DNA from: Chitinophagaceae bacterium
GTDB taxonomy: Bacteria; Bacteroidota; Bacteroidia; Chitinophagales; Chitinophagaceae
Assembly: GCA_039915085.1 (NCBI GenBank)
Contig: JBDSOC010000074.1
Coordinates: forward strand, 108-64,107
DNA length: 64,000 bases
Reading direction: 5' to 3'
This document shows, in pieces, positions 56,799 to 64,000 of this stretch; positions within the stretch are counted from its first letter, which is position 1, and each line of letters starts with the position of its first letter. Under the pieces are notes generated by a model, which saw only the letters and a list, made by a program, of their open reading frames with translations, was not told where the DNA came from and ran no database searches. Made by a program: the position numbers and the translations under genes.

Positions 56799-56829
56799 TA
56801 GAAATAGGGGCAAAATCTGAAATGAAAGC

Positions 56830-56860
56830 AAAAAAAGAGCGGGTAGTAGAAACTACCCGC
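56830..56860 (-). terminator. rho-independent terminator after the IS1595-like gene
   Basis: A 9-bp stem, gcgggtagt / actacccgc, has the loop agaa. On the minus strand it is followed by TCTTTTTTT. Confidence 0.65.
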
Positions 56861-56952
56861 GTATAACATGAGAAAACTTACATCACTGCCTTGAATAATT
56901 TCACCCGGCCGGCAGCGCATAGTGAGAGTCCGGGGAAAATAATTTGCACTGC

Positions 56953-57645
56953 TTACACATAACTCTTTGACAGGTGCAGCGGATACTTATAAATGATATT
57001 CAGCAGCATTTTATTAATGTCGTCATTCCGGTAATTGTACCTGAACTCAGATTCTTTTACATGCAGGTAGAGCGTATTCTTGTTCATACCCCTGAATTTC
57101 AGCAACCGGCTCCTCGTATTGCCCCAGAAAACAGAAATATCATCCGGGTGGCTTTTTCCGTTTGCCGTTCCCACATCCATGCGGTACAAACGCCATTCGT
57201 CAAAATCAGCAATGGCATGGTACCCTCTCAATTCACTCAAATGACCAGCCTCTTGCCTTTGCAACCAGCTTGCCTGCTGAAATTCCCTGATAGCAGGTTT
57301 ACCAACGGCCGTAAGCTCATCTGTAAAAACATTATCATTTACGGTGTAAAAACCATAATACACGTTATAATTTTCTTCTGCTGCCATGTCTCCTGCAGCA
57401 TGCAACTGCCGCGGCAACTGGGTGACCGCTTTTTTGTTATTCAGCCCCTGGCTCTGATCTTCGCAGTGCCGTGCAATATGGGTACGTATCAATTTTAAAT
57501 AGTTATTGATGGTTACCCGGCTTACGCTGGTGATGCCCGCAATCTGTGTTGCAGTTAAATCATCTGAAAAGAGCTGTATGATTTCCCGGCAGGTTTTTTC
57601 AGATAAATGCGATCTTTTAAGCATTTTATTTTTCATAGCAATCAT
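56953..57645 (-). CDS. IS1595/ISXO2-like transposase-domain protein, short and apparently catalytically degenerate
   Basis: It has an N-terminal HTH (LTATQIAGITSVSRVTINNYLK). The C-terminus, ...ISVFWGNTRSRLLKFRGMNKNTLYLHVKESEFRYNYRN, matches what I recall of the conserved end of DDE_Tnp_IS1595. The region where VDESYFGG...K.GRG is expected reads AAEENYNVYYG and is shortened. Confidence 0.6.
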   Translation of the reverse strand: MIAMKNKMLKRSHLSEKTCREIIQLFSDDLTATQIAGITSVSRVTINNYLKLIRTHIARHCEDQSQGLNNKKAVTQLPRQLHAAGDMAAEENYNVYYGFYTVNDNVFTDELTAVGKPAIREFQQASWLQRQEAGHLSELRGYHAIADFDEWRLYRMDVGTANGKSHPDDISVFWGNTRSRLLKFRGMNKNTLYLHVKESEFRYNYRNDDINKMLLNIIYKYPLHLSKSYV

Positions 57646-57883
57646 TCTACGAATTTATTCGCAGTTAAGATGATATTTAAACACCGCAGTAAAAACATAA
57701 AACTACATATGCGGGTTAATTACATGTTGAACGCGAACAACTAGATTAATTAAACATGTTGCCAGTATAAAGACATGTAAACGCCGGTAAATGTTACAAT
57801 AGATTGATTAGCGCAAGATTTGTATTTTAAACGGTAGGTTATTATAAAAGTCTTTGGTATAAACTTTTATTAATGTTGGCACC

Positions 57884-59956
57884 TCAATTATGAAGAAGAT
57901 TGTTAATGATCACCCTTACTTTATCTGCATTGGGCAACATGGCTTTTTCAAGCAATGTGTTTAAAGGAACGGCCGGGTTATTGAGCGCTCCCAGCACCTC
58001 TACTGCCTGGTCTAAAAACCGGAAACAATGTTTGGAAATCCGGGCTGCCAGCGCTTCTGCAAATGAATTATTTTGTTGTTCTTCTGTTAGTACCAGGCAT
58101 CTTCCGTGCTGGCACACCGTTGAAAAAATAAGTTCCTCATCCAGTGGAAATAAAGTACGCAGATCAACAATGGCGACCCGCCCCGCAAAATGTTTTGCTG
58201 CTTCCTTTGCCCAGTAAACCCCCATACCATAAGTAATGATGCAGCATGTTTCTCCTTTATTCATTTTAAGGGGATCTGCATTGGATATCACATTTGCTTT
58301 TCCCAGTGGTATTACATAATCCGCAGAAGGCTCTGGTGCTTTTGCTTCGCCTGTTCCGGGCACCCTTCCCCAATATAACCCTTTGTGCTCAAGCATAACA
58401 ACCGGGTTAGGATCATAAAACGCTGCCTTCATCAATCCCTTCATGTCTGCTGCATTGGATGGGTATACTATTTTGATGCCTTTTACAGATAGTAAAGTAG
58501 TTTCAATACTTGCGCTATGGTAGGGGCCACCTCCTCCGTAAGCGCCAACGGGTACCCTTATTACAGCATGCACAGGAAATTTTCCATTACTTAAATAATA
58601 AGACTTTGCCATCTCTGTCACCAGCTGATTAAAGGCCGGGTAAATGTAATCGGCAAACTGCACTTCTACAATTGGCCTTACACCGGTAGCACTCATGCCC
58701 ACCACGGAACCAATAATGTAAGCTTCCTGTATGGCAGTATTAAAAACACGGTGATCGCCAAAACGTTCCGCCAGGGTGGCTGTCTCCCTGAATACACCAC
58801 CCAGTCTTCTGCCCGCATCCTGTCCATACAATAAAGCTTCCGGATGCGCTTCCATTATTTCCCTGATGGCAAACAAAGCAGCATCTACCATCATTATTGG
58901 TTCTGCCCCTGCAGGAGCCCTTGTTCCCTTTTCTTCTTTTATTGTTGTGGGGGCAAATACAAAATCCTCTATACTGGCCGGATCTGGTTCTGCTGCATTG
59001 CAGGCCCTAAAAAAATCGGCCGCCACTTTTTCTGCGGCTTCCTTTTCTATTTGCACTATCTCTTCATCGCTTATACCAGTATTGATTAACCGCTTTTTTA
59101 ATTTAGGACCCGGATCATCTGCTGCATGTTTATCCAGGTCTTCCGCTGTGCGGTAAAATTCTTTCCGTACACCACTGGTATGATGACCCAACAGGCATAC
59201 ATTGGCCTGCACCAGGCAGGGTGAACGCTGTTCCCTTGTATATTGAATAATTTCTTTTATGCTTTCGTAGCTTTCTTCAAAATCAGTACCGTTGATGCGT
59301 ATGCGCTTCATACCGGTAAAGCCTGCTGCATAATCATAAGCGTCCATAGCCCTTGTTTCTTCTGCCGTGGCGCTGATGCCCCAGCTATTATCCTGCACCA
59401 GGTAAATAATGGGTAACTTTTTTAATACTGCAAACTGAAACGCCTCGCTTACTTCCCCTTCTGTAATGCTGGCATCTCCCAATGAACAAATAACCACCGG
59501 CAGTTCTCCATTGGTTCCTTTTTTTAATAAGGCTGATTGAATGGCATCCAGGTATTGCAGTCCCTGCGCTATGCCCGTAGCCGGTATTACCTGCATACCC
59601 GTAGCACTGCTCTGGTGTATCATCTGCGGTTTACCAGGCTGGTTGTTATTGGGGTGACTATAATAAGATCTGCCACCACTGAAAGGATCATCTTTTTTTG
59701 CCAGCAGCTGCAGCATTAATTCGTATGGTTCGTATCCCACACCCAGCAGCATGCTTTCATCCCTGTAATACGGGCTTACATAATCAACCGGTAATAACTG
59801 AAAAGCAACAGCCAGCTGAATGGCCTCATGTCCGCGTGAAGTGGAGTGGACGTATTTACATACCTGGCGGTGGGCCTCATACACACCGGCCATTTCCCTT
59901 GCCATGCACATAAGGCGGTAAGCTTTCAGTAATATGCTGGTATCTATGGAAGGCAT
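57884..59956 (-). CDS. 2-oxoacid dehydrogenase E1 component, fused alpha/beta subunits (TPP-dependent)
   Basis: 690 aa. The N-terminal half has the TPP-binding region (GDASITEGEVSEAFQFA). The C-terminal half is E1-beta/transketolase-like (FNTAIQEAYIIG, EVQFADYIYPAF). Confidence 0.9.
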   Translation of the reverse strand: MPSIDTSILLKAYRLMCMAREMAGVYEAHRQVCKYVHSTSRGHEAIQLAVAFQLLPVDYVSPYYRDESMLLGVGYEPYELMLQLLAKKDDPFSGGRSYYSHPNNNQPGKPQMIHQSSATGMQVIPATGIAQGLQYLDAIQSALLKKGTNGELPVVICSLGDASITEGEVSEAFQFAVLKKLPIIYLVQDNSWGISATAEETRAMDAYDYAAGFTGMKRIRINGTDFEESYESIKEIIQYTREQRSPCLVQANVCLLGHHTSGVRKEFYRTAEDLDKHAADDPGPKLKKRLINTGISDEEIVQIEKEAAEKVAADFFRACNAAEPDPASIEDFVFAPTTIKEEKGTRAPAGAEPIMMVDAALFAIREIMEAHPEALLYGQDAGRRLGGVFRETATLAERFGDHRVFNTAIQEAYIIGSVVGMSATGVRPIVEVQFADYIYPAFNQLVTEMAKSYYLSNGKFPVHAVIRVPVGAYGGGGPYHSASIETTLLSVKGIKIVYPSNAADMKGLMKAAFYDPNPVVMLEHKGLYWGRVPGTGEAKAPEPSADYVIPLGKANVISNADPLKMNKGETCCIITYGMGVYWAKEAAKHFAGRVAIVDLRTLFPLDEELIFSTVCQHGRCLVLTEEQQNNSFAEALAARISKHCFRFLDQAVEVLGALNNPAVPLNTLLEKAMLPNADKVRVIINNLLHN

Positions 59957-60114
59957 AGTGGCAAAGTTAGGAGAAAGGAGAAATGGTGTAAGGTATAGAT
60001 AAAGAAGTTGACTGGTTAATCAGTTGAAAAGTTGAAGGCACTAAAAAAGCGCTTTTCTTTCTGTGAAAATCTCTTTTTGCACTTTCGTAAAAATATAGCT
60101 GCTTTTTTCACCCA

Positions 60115-60145
60115 ATAAAAAAACCACCACAAATTTGTGATGGTT
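60115..60145 (-). terminator. rho-independent terminator after the FAH-family gene
   Basis: The minus strand reads AACCATCACAAATTTGTGGTGGTTTTTTTAT, an 11-bp stem with one G-U pair followed by a T7 run. Confidence 0.65.
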
Positions 60146-60167
60146 GCTGATAATTTATAAATCTCTT

Positions 60168-60785
60168 TTATTTGATTTCTACGTTAAATAAATTTTCTTC
60201 TCCAATAAAACCTTCCAGCTCATCGCCCACCACACATTCACCCACGCCTGCGGGTGTGCCGGTAAAAATAAGGTCGCCAATGTTTACAGAAAAATAATTT
60301 GAAATATATGCTACAATCTTATCAAAATTATTAATCATAAGGCTTGAATTGCTTTGCTGCACCATCTCTTTGTTCTTATACAAACCAAAGCCAATGTCTT
60401 TTTTATTTTTTACATCAGTAAAGGGAATCCATTTGCCAATTACTGCGGAGTTATCCCAGGCTTTGGCTTTCTCCCATGGCAATCCTTTTTTCTTGAGTTC
60501 GTCTTGTATATCACGGGCGGTAAAATCAATACCGGTAGTTATAGCATCATAGTATTTGCTTGCAAAGCGATCCTGGATATATTTGCCATTTTTTGAAATA
60601 CGCAATACAAGTTCACATTCGTAATGAAGTTCATTGGTAAATTCGGGGTAATAAAACGGGGTATGCGCCTGCAGCAATGCGCTTTTAGGTTTCATAAAAA
60701 TGATGGGCTCATCCGGAACTTCGTTTCCCAATTCCTGGGCATGAGCTACATAATTACGGCCTACACAGAATATTTTCATATTCAA
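60168..60785 (-). CDS. fumarylacetoacetate hydrolase (FAH) family protein
   Basis: MKIFCVGRNYVAHAQELG..., the ECELV metal ligands and GDLIFTGTPAGVG are present. Confidence 0.85.
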   Translation of the reverse strand: MNMKIFCVGRNYVAHAQELGNEVPDEPIIFMKPKSALLQAHTPFYYPEFTNELHYECELVLRISKNGKYIQDRFASKYYDAITTGIDFTARDIQDELKKKGLPWEKAKAWDNSAVIGKWIPFTDVKNKKDIGFGLYKNKEMVQQSNSSLMINNFDKIVAYISNYFSVNIGDLIFTGTPAGVGECVVGDELEGFIGEENLFNVEIK

Positions 60786-60921
60786 TAAAAGGATTTGGTT
60801 GTTTAAACAATCAAGTTAGGTATTGGCTTTTAAAAGCCCGGCTTTAAAAGAAATATTGAATATAAAAAACCAACTGGTCTGAAACAGTGCTTCTGCGAAA
60901 ATAACGATTCAGATGAATAAT

Positions 60922-61500
60922 TCATAAAGTAACAGATAATTTGTTAAACTGATTCATTGCAGGGGCTATTCCCTGTAAAATAAAGGTCTCAATCAGTTCT
61001 GTGCAGACAGTTATCTTTTTTTGAACCAGGGGAAGCTCTGCAGCACTCCATTTACCCAACACATATTCTACCTGCATTCCTTTGGGATAATCATTCCCTA
61101 CGCCAAAACGCAATCTTGGATATTCTTCGGTAAGCAGGTGCTCTTCTATGCTCTTTAATCCATTGTGACCGCCACTACTGCCCGATATTCTTAACCGTAG
61201 TCTATTCAGCGGCAATGCCACTTCGTCTACTATTACAAGTATATTACCGGTTTCTATGCGTTCTTTTTCCTTCCAGTACTTTACCGCTTTTCCACTTAAA
61301 TTCATGTATGTAGAAGGTTTAATGCAGATTACCGGCCTTCCTTTTATTTTACATGCTGCTACTTCTGCCAAACGGTCGGTATGAAAAGATATTGCCTGTT
61401 TGCTTACAAAAGCATCCACCACATCAAAACCAATGTTATGCCTGGTATGATCATAGTCAATACCTATATTACCCAATCCTACAATGAGGTACTTATTCAT
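60922..61500 (-). CDS. pth: peptidyl-tRNA hydrolase
   Basis: It starts LIVGLGNIG..Y..TRHNIGF and contains GHNGLKS. It sits in the conserved prs-ctc-pth context. Confidence 0.95.
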   Translation of the reverse strand: MNKYLIVGLGNIGIDYDHTRHNIGFDVVDAFVSKQAISFHTDRLAEVAACKIKGRPVICIKPSTYMNLSGKAVKYWKEKERIETGNILVIVDEVALPLNRLRLRISGSSGGHNGLKSIEEHLLTEEYPRLRFGVGNDYPKGMQVEYVLGKWSAAELPLVQKKITVCTELIETFILQGIAPAMNQFNKLSVTL

Positions 61501-61511
61501 GGCAGCGAAAA

Positions 61512-61541
61512 TAAAAAAAGTCCTGCCACCGGGGCAGGACT
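61512..61541 (-). terminator. hairpin plus T-run between ctc and pth
   Basis: The minus strand reads AGTCCTGCCCCGGTGGCAGGACTTTTTTTAT. Confidence 0.65.
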
Positions 61542-61564
61542 TCTATAATTATGTTTTGTATTAT

Positions 61565-62233
61565 TTACTTTCCTTTGGCAGCAGCACCCTTGGCAGGAGC
61601 AGCCTTTGCAGCAGCAGCAGGAGCAGCTTTTGCAGCGGCCGGAGCAGCAGCGCCACCAGCAGCAGGTGCACCAGCTTCTTCCTGTTTTAACTGGCGTGTT
61701 AATACTACAGACGCCAGCGGTATACGGGGAGAATTAAGGATTTCGTAATTATCCAATTTTACATCTTCTACCCTTATATTACCATTTAATTCAAGATTGG
61801 TTAAATCAACCTCAATGTTTTCTCTCAGGTATTGAGGTAATGTTTTTATTTTAAGTGATTTCATTTTCACTATCAGCTTACCACCATCTTTAACGCCTTT
61901 GGCAGTGCCTGTATATTTTAATGGAATAGTGGCAATTGCTTTTTTATCATCTACCAGTTCCATTAAATCAACATGAATTAAGGCGTCATTTACTTTATCA
62001 AACTGAAGATCTTTCAGAATGGTTTTGTAAGACTTTCCGGCTACTGTAACATTGGCCAACTGAAACGCACTTGTGTACACCAGGGATTTAAAAGCAGTAG
62101 CAGGAGCGTAAAAACTAACTTCCTCTTTGCCGCCATAAATTACACCGGGCACCATAGACTGAGAGCGAAGTTGCTGGGTGGCTTTTTTCCCAGTTTCGGT
62201 CCTCAGTTGTCCTTCGATTGTAATTGATTTCAT
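61565..62233 (-). CDS. rplY: 50S ribosomal protein L25 / general stress protein Ctc, with Ala/Pro/Lys-rich C-terminal tail
   Basis: The N-terminus ...R...GK...LR....PGVIYGG is an L25 signature. The protein has a two-domain Ctc length, and the tail reads AGAPAAGGAAAPAAAKAAPAAAAKAAPAKGAAAKGK. Confidence 0.9.
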   Translation of the reverse strand: MKSITIEGQLRTETGKKATQQLRSQSMVPGVIYGGKEEVSFYAPATAFKSLVYTSAFQLANVTVAGKSYKTILKDLQFDKVNDALIHVDLMELVDDKKAIATIPLKYTGTAKGVKDGGKLIVKMKSLKIKTLPQYLRENIEVDLTNLELNGNIRVEDVKLDNYEILNSPRIPLASVVLTRQLKQEEAGAPAAGGAAAPAAAKAAPAAAAKAAPAKGAAAKGK

Positions 62234-62265
62234 TTTATATTTTGTTTTTGTTTACTTGGTTTAGC

Positions 62266-63216
62266 TTATTTATCTCTCATTTGTGAGTGAATAAATAAAC
62301 TGGTGATACTTTTATTTTCAAAGGCATTCCGGATAGCTACTGCAAACAACTGGGATACGCTCAGTACTTTTATCTTACTTGTTTGCTGCTTTAAAGGAAT
62401 CGTATCACAAACTACCAGTTCTTCCAGCACACTGTTTTCAATATTGGCGTATGCATTACCGCTTAATACGGGGTGTGTGCACAATGCCCTTACACTCCTG
62501 GCACCTTTTTCTTTTAACAGGCCGGCGGCTTTTGCCAGTGTTCCCCCGGTATCACAAATGTCATCTATCAGCACTACATTCCTTCCCTCTACTTCTCCTA
62601 TTACCACCATGCTGGCAATCTCGTTTGCCCGCTTACGGTGTTTATCGCAAATCACCATTTCTGCATTGAAATAGCTGGCGATTTCCCGTATCCGGTTAGC
62701 GCTTCCCACATCGGGGGCGGCGAAGGTAAGATTTTCCAGCTTCAGATTTTCAATATAAGGGATAAAAATAGCAGAGCTGTCAAGGTGGTCAACGGGTATA
62801 TCAAAATACCCCTGTATCTGGGGAGCGTGCAGGTCCATTGTTATCACCCTGTCTGCGCCTGCAGCCACTATCATATTGGCTATCAGCTTGGAGCCAATGG
62901 CCACCCGGGGTTTGTCTTTTCTATCCTGGCGGGCATAGCCGTAATAAGGGATGACTGCCACCACTTTATAGGCCGATGCCCTGCGCACTGCATCTATCAT
63001 CAGCAGCAACTCAAGGATATTATCGGAAGGGGAAAAAGTACTCTGGATAAGGAAAACCATGTCTCCGCGGATGCTTTCCTGGAAAACAGGCTGAAACTCA
63101 CCATCGCTGAATTTTTGGGTAATACATTTACCCAAAGGACTGCCATATTGCTGTGCTATTTTTTCTGCCAGATACTGGGATCCGGTACCAGAAAACATCT
63201 TTACCGAACTTTGCAT
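62266..63216 (-). CDS. prs: ribose-phosphate pyrophosphokinase
   Basis: YARQDRK, the HA.QIQGYF region and the PRPP-binding loop VLIDDICDTGGT are present. Confidence 0.95.
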   Translation of the reverse strand: MQSSVKMFSGTGSQYLAEKIAQQYGSPLGKCITQKFSDGEFQPVFQESIRGDMVFLIQSTFSPSDNILELLLMIDAVRRASAYKVVAVIPYYGYARQDRKDKPRVAIGSKLIANMIVAAGADRVITMDLHAPQIQGYFDIPVDHLDSSAIFIPYIENLKLENLTFAAPDVGSANRIREIASYFNAEMVICDKHRKRANEIASMVVIGEVEGRNVVLIDDICDTGGTLAKAAGLLKEKGARSVRALCTHPVLSGNAYANIENSVLEELVVCDTIPLKQQTSKIKVLSVSQLFAVAIRNAFENKSITSLFIHSQMRDK

Positions 63217-63331
63217 AAGTAATACTGTTGGTGCGGCGAAGATAAAGCTTCAAAAGAGAAATAAAAATCTGTAAAGGAGTTTTAAGTCTTTAATTGCCAC
63301 AACAGCATGATGCACAGCAGCTGCCAGTAAT

Positions 63332-63541
63332 TTATTTACCCACAGACGCAAACATAGCTTTGTCAGCCGGTGTACTTACCTGGCTGATATTCTGGGTAGC
63401 ATTCCCCTTCTTCGGATTAAAGGCATAAAATAATGAAGAACAGATAAAGATGGAAAAGAAAAGAGAAACGGCATAAATCCCAACGCAAAATAACAGGGAT
63501 TGCAAACCGCCAAGGTTGTTAAATGTAGAGGTACGTTTCAT
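63332..63541 (-). CDS. hypothetical small membrane protein (69 aa)
   Basis: It has a single long hydrophobic segment (LLFCVGIYAVSLFFSIFICSSLFYAF). There is no homology evidence. Confidence 0.35.
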   Translation of the reverse strand: MKRTSTFNNLGGLQSLLFCVGIYAVSLFFSIFICSSLFYAFNPKKGNATQNISQVSTPADKAMFASVGK

Positions 63542-63654
63542 AAAATCGGATTTTTAGTTTTCAAAAGGTATGGATTACGGAATAACGCTTAATGGCTTTG
63601 ACTATTGTACCATTGTTAAATATCTGTCATAAAAATATTACCCTAACTTTCAGC

Positions 63655-64000
63655 ATGCAAGAGCATAAATACTCAATTAAAGAGTGGGCTAAAGATGACA
63701 GACCAAGGGAAAAATTACTTAGTAAAACCCCGGCAGCACTGAGCGATTCTGAACTGGTGGCCATCCTTATTAATATCGGAAATAAGCAAAAAAGCGCGGT
63801 GGACCTGGCCAAAGAGGTGCTGTTGCTGGGCAAGAACAACCTGAATGAACTGGGCCGCCTTTCCATTAAAGATTTTATGACTATAAAAGGCATTGGTGAA
63901 GCAAAAGCCATTACCATAGCTGCGGCGCTGGAACTTGGCAGAAGACGGCAGGCCGCAGGATTTCTTGAGAAGCCGCAAATAAAAAGCAGCGCAGATATTG
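63655..64000 (+). CDS. radC: RadC-family (JAB/MPN) protein, N-terminal part (3' end outside the window)
   Basis: It is not in the ORF track because it has no stop within the window. My hand translation is MQEHKYSIKEWAKDDRPREKLLSKTPAALSDSELVAILINIGNKQKSAVDLAKEVLL...IKGIGEAKAITIAAALELGRRR, which matches the RadC N-terminal HhH region. Confidence 0.85.
   Translation, partial: MQEHKYSIKEWAKDDRPREKLLSKTPAALSDSELVAILINIGNKQKSAVDLAKEVLLLGKNNLNELGRLSIKDFMTIKGIGEAKAITIAAALELGRRRQAAGFLEKPQIKSSADI

Noticed and set aside
56974-57498. 174-aa plus-strand ORF opposite the IS1595-like gene
   Set aside because: The minus-strand product has recognisable HTH and transposase-tail motifs, while the plus-strand translation has none. 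It is an antisense shadow.
54920-57645. Genomic island or prophage integrated at the tRNA
   Set aside because: No integrase, excisionase, phage or conjugation genes are present. The only signs are a one-gene segment bracketed by a short repeat and a degenerate IS1595-like gene. These are reported as local rearrangement signs, not as an island.
61551-61748. Plus-strand ORF encoding an Ala/Gly/Pro-rich 65-aa product (also 61484-61690)
   Set aside because: It is the antisense shadow of the GC-rich, Ala/Pro/Lys-rich C-terminal tail of L25/Ctc. Low-complexity GCN repeats stay open on the opposite strand.
62303-63222. Several plus-strand ORFs (123, 96 and 194 aa) inside the prs region
   Set aside because: They are antisense to a confidently identified, motif-rich prs gene. 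Their translations have no recognisable motifs and an odd composition.
63627-63978. Two minus-strand ORFs (96 and 87 aa) at the right edge
   Set aside because: The plus strand here encodes a clear RadC N-terminus starting at 63655. That gene is missing from the ORF track only because its stop lies beyond the window. The minus-strand ORFs are shadows.

Overview
This 64-kb window looks like a chromosomal segment of a Bacteroidota genome, probably Chitinophagia or Sphingobacteriia-like. That placement is an inference from four things: a T9SS C-terminal sorting domain, TAnnTTTG-type promoter boxes, the absence of Shine-Dalgarno sites, and the gene content. I found no rRNA, CRISPR array, prophage or recognisable defence-gene cassette.

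Gene content, in order:
- Scattered glycoside hydrolases (GH26, GH2, a GH74-like BNR propeller with a T9SS tail, GH88/105, GH16), with no SusC/SusD pair.
- Stress and housekeeping genes: Hsp20, a CDGSH protein, an MsbA-like ABC exporter, a FUSC/YccS membrane protein, a TAT-exported Gfo/Idh/MocA oxidoreductase plus a PmoA-like partner, and a bacterial type IB topoisomerase.
- A large outer-membrane biogenesis cluster: tamB-tamA, followed by a second possible pair made of a membrane-anchored protein (AsmA-like only by guess) and a POTRA-less Omp85 barrel.
- An ArsR-controlled MFP-RND-TolC efflux operon.
- A tightly overlapping five-gene envelope phosphoesterase / L,D-transpeptidase operon.
- A LytS/LytTR-type two-component pair.
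- A tRNA(CAT) next to a degenerate IS1595-like gene.
- The conserved prs-ctc-pth block, and the start of radC.

The most unusual element is a tandem array of three paralogous mini-genes at 16.0-16.8 kb on the minus strand. They encode 52-62 aa peptides with a near-invariant, strongly cationic C-terminal tail (VWNIQRQKRxRxQRRFAL). The substitution pattern indicates selection at the protein level. I cannot assign these peptides to any family I know.

Other observations worth a second look:
- an in-frame TAG in a neighbouring lipoprotein gene
- a 37-38 nt terminator-like direct repeat bracketing a single phosphoesterase gene next to the tRNA
- a 102-nt in-frame tandem duplication inside the histidine kinase
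- a thrice-repeated 10-mer around the arsR promoter regions

All functional calls come from reading motifs in the translated ORFs. No database search was run.
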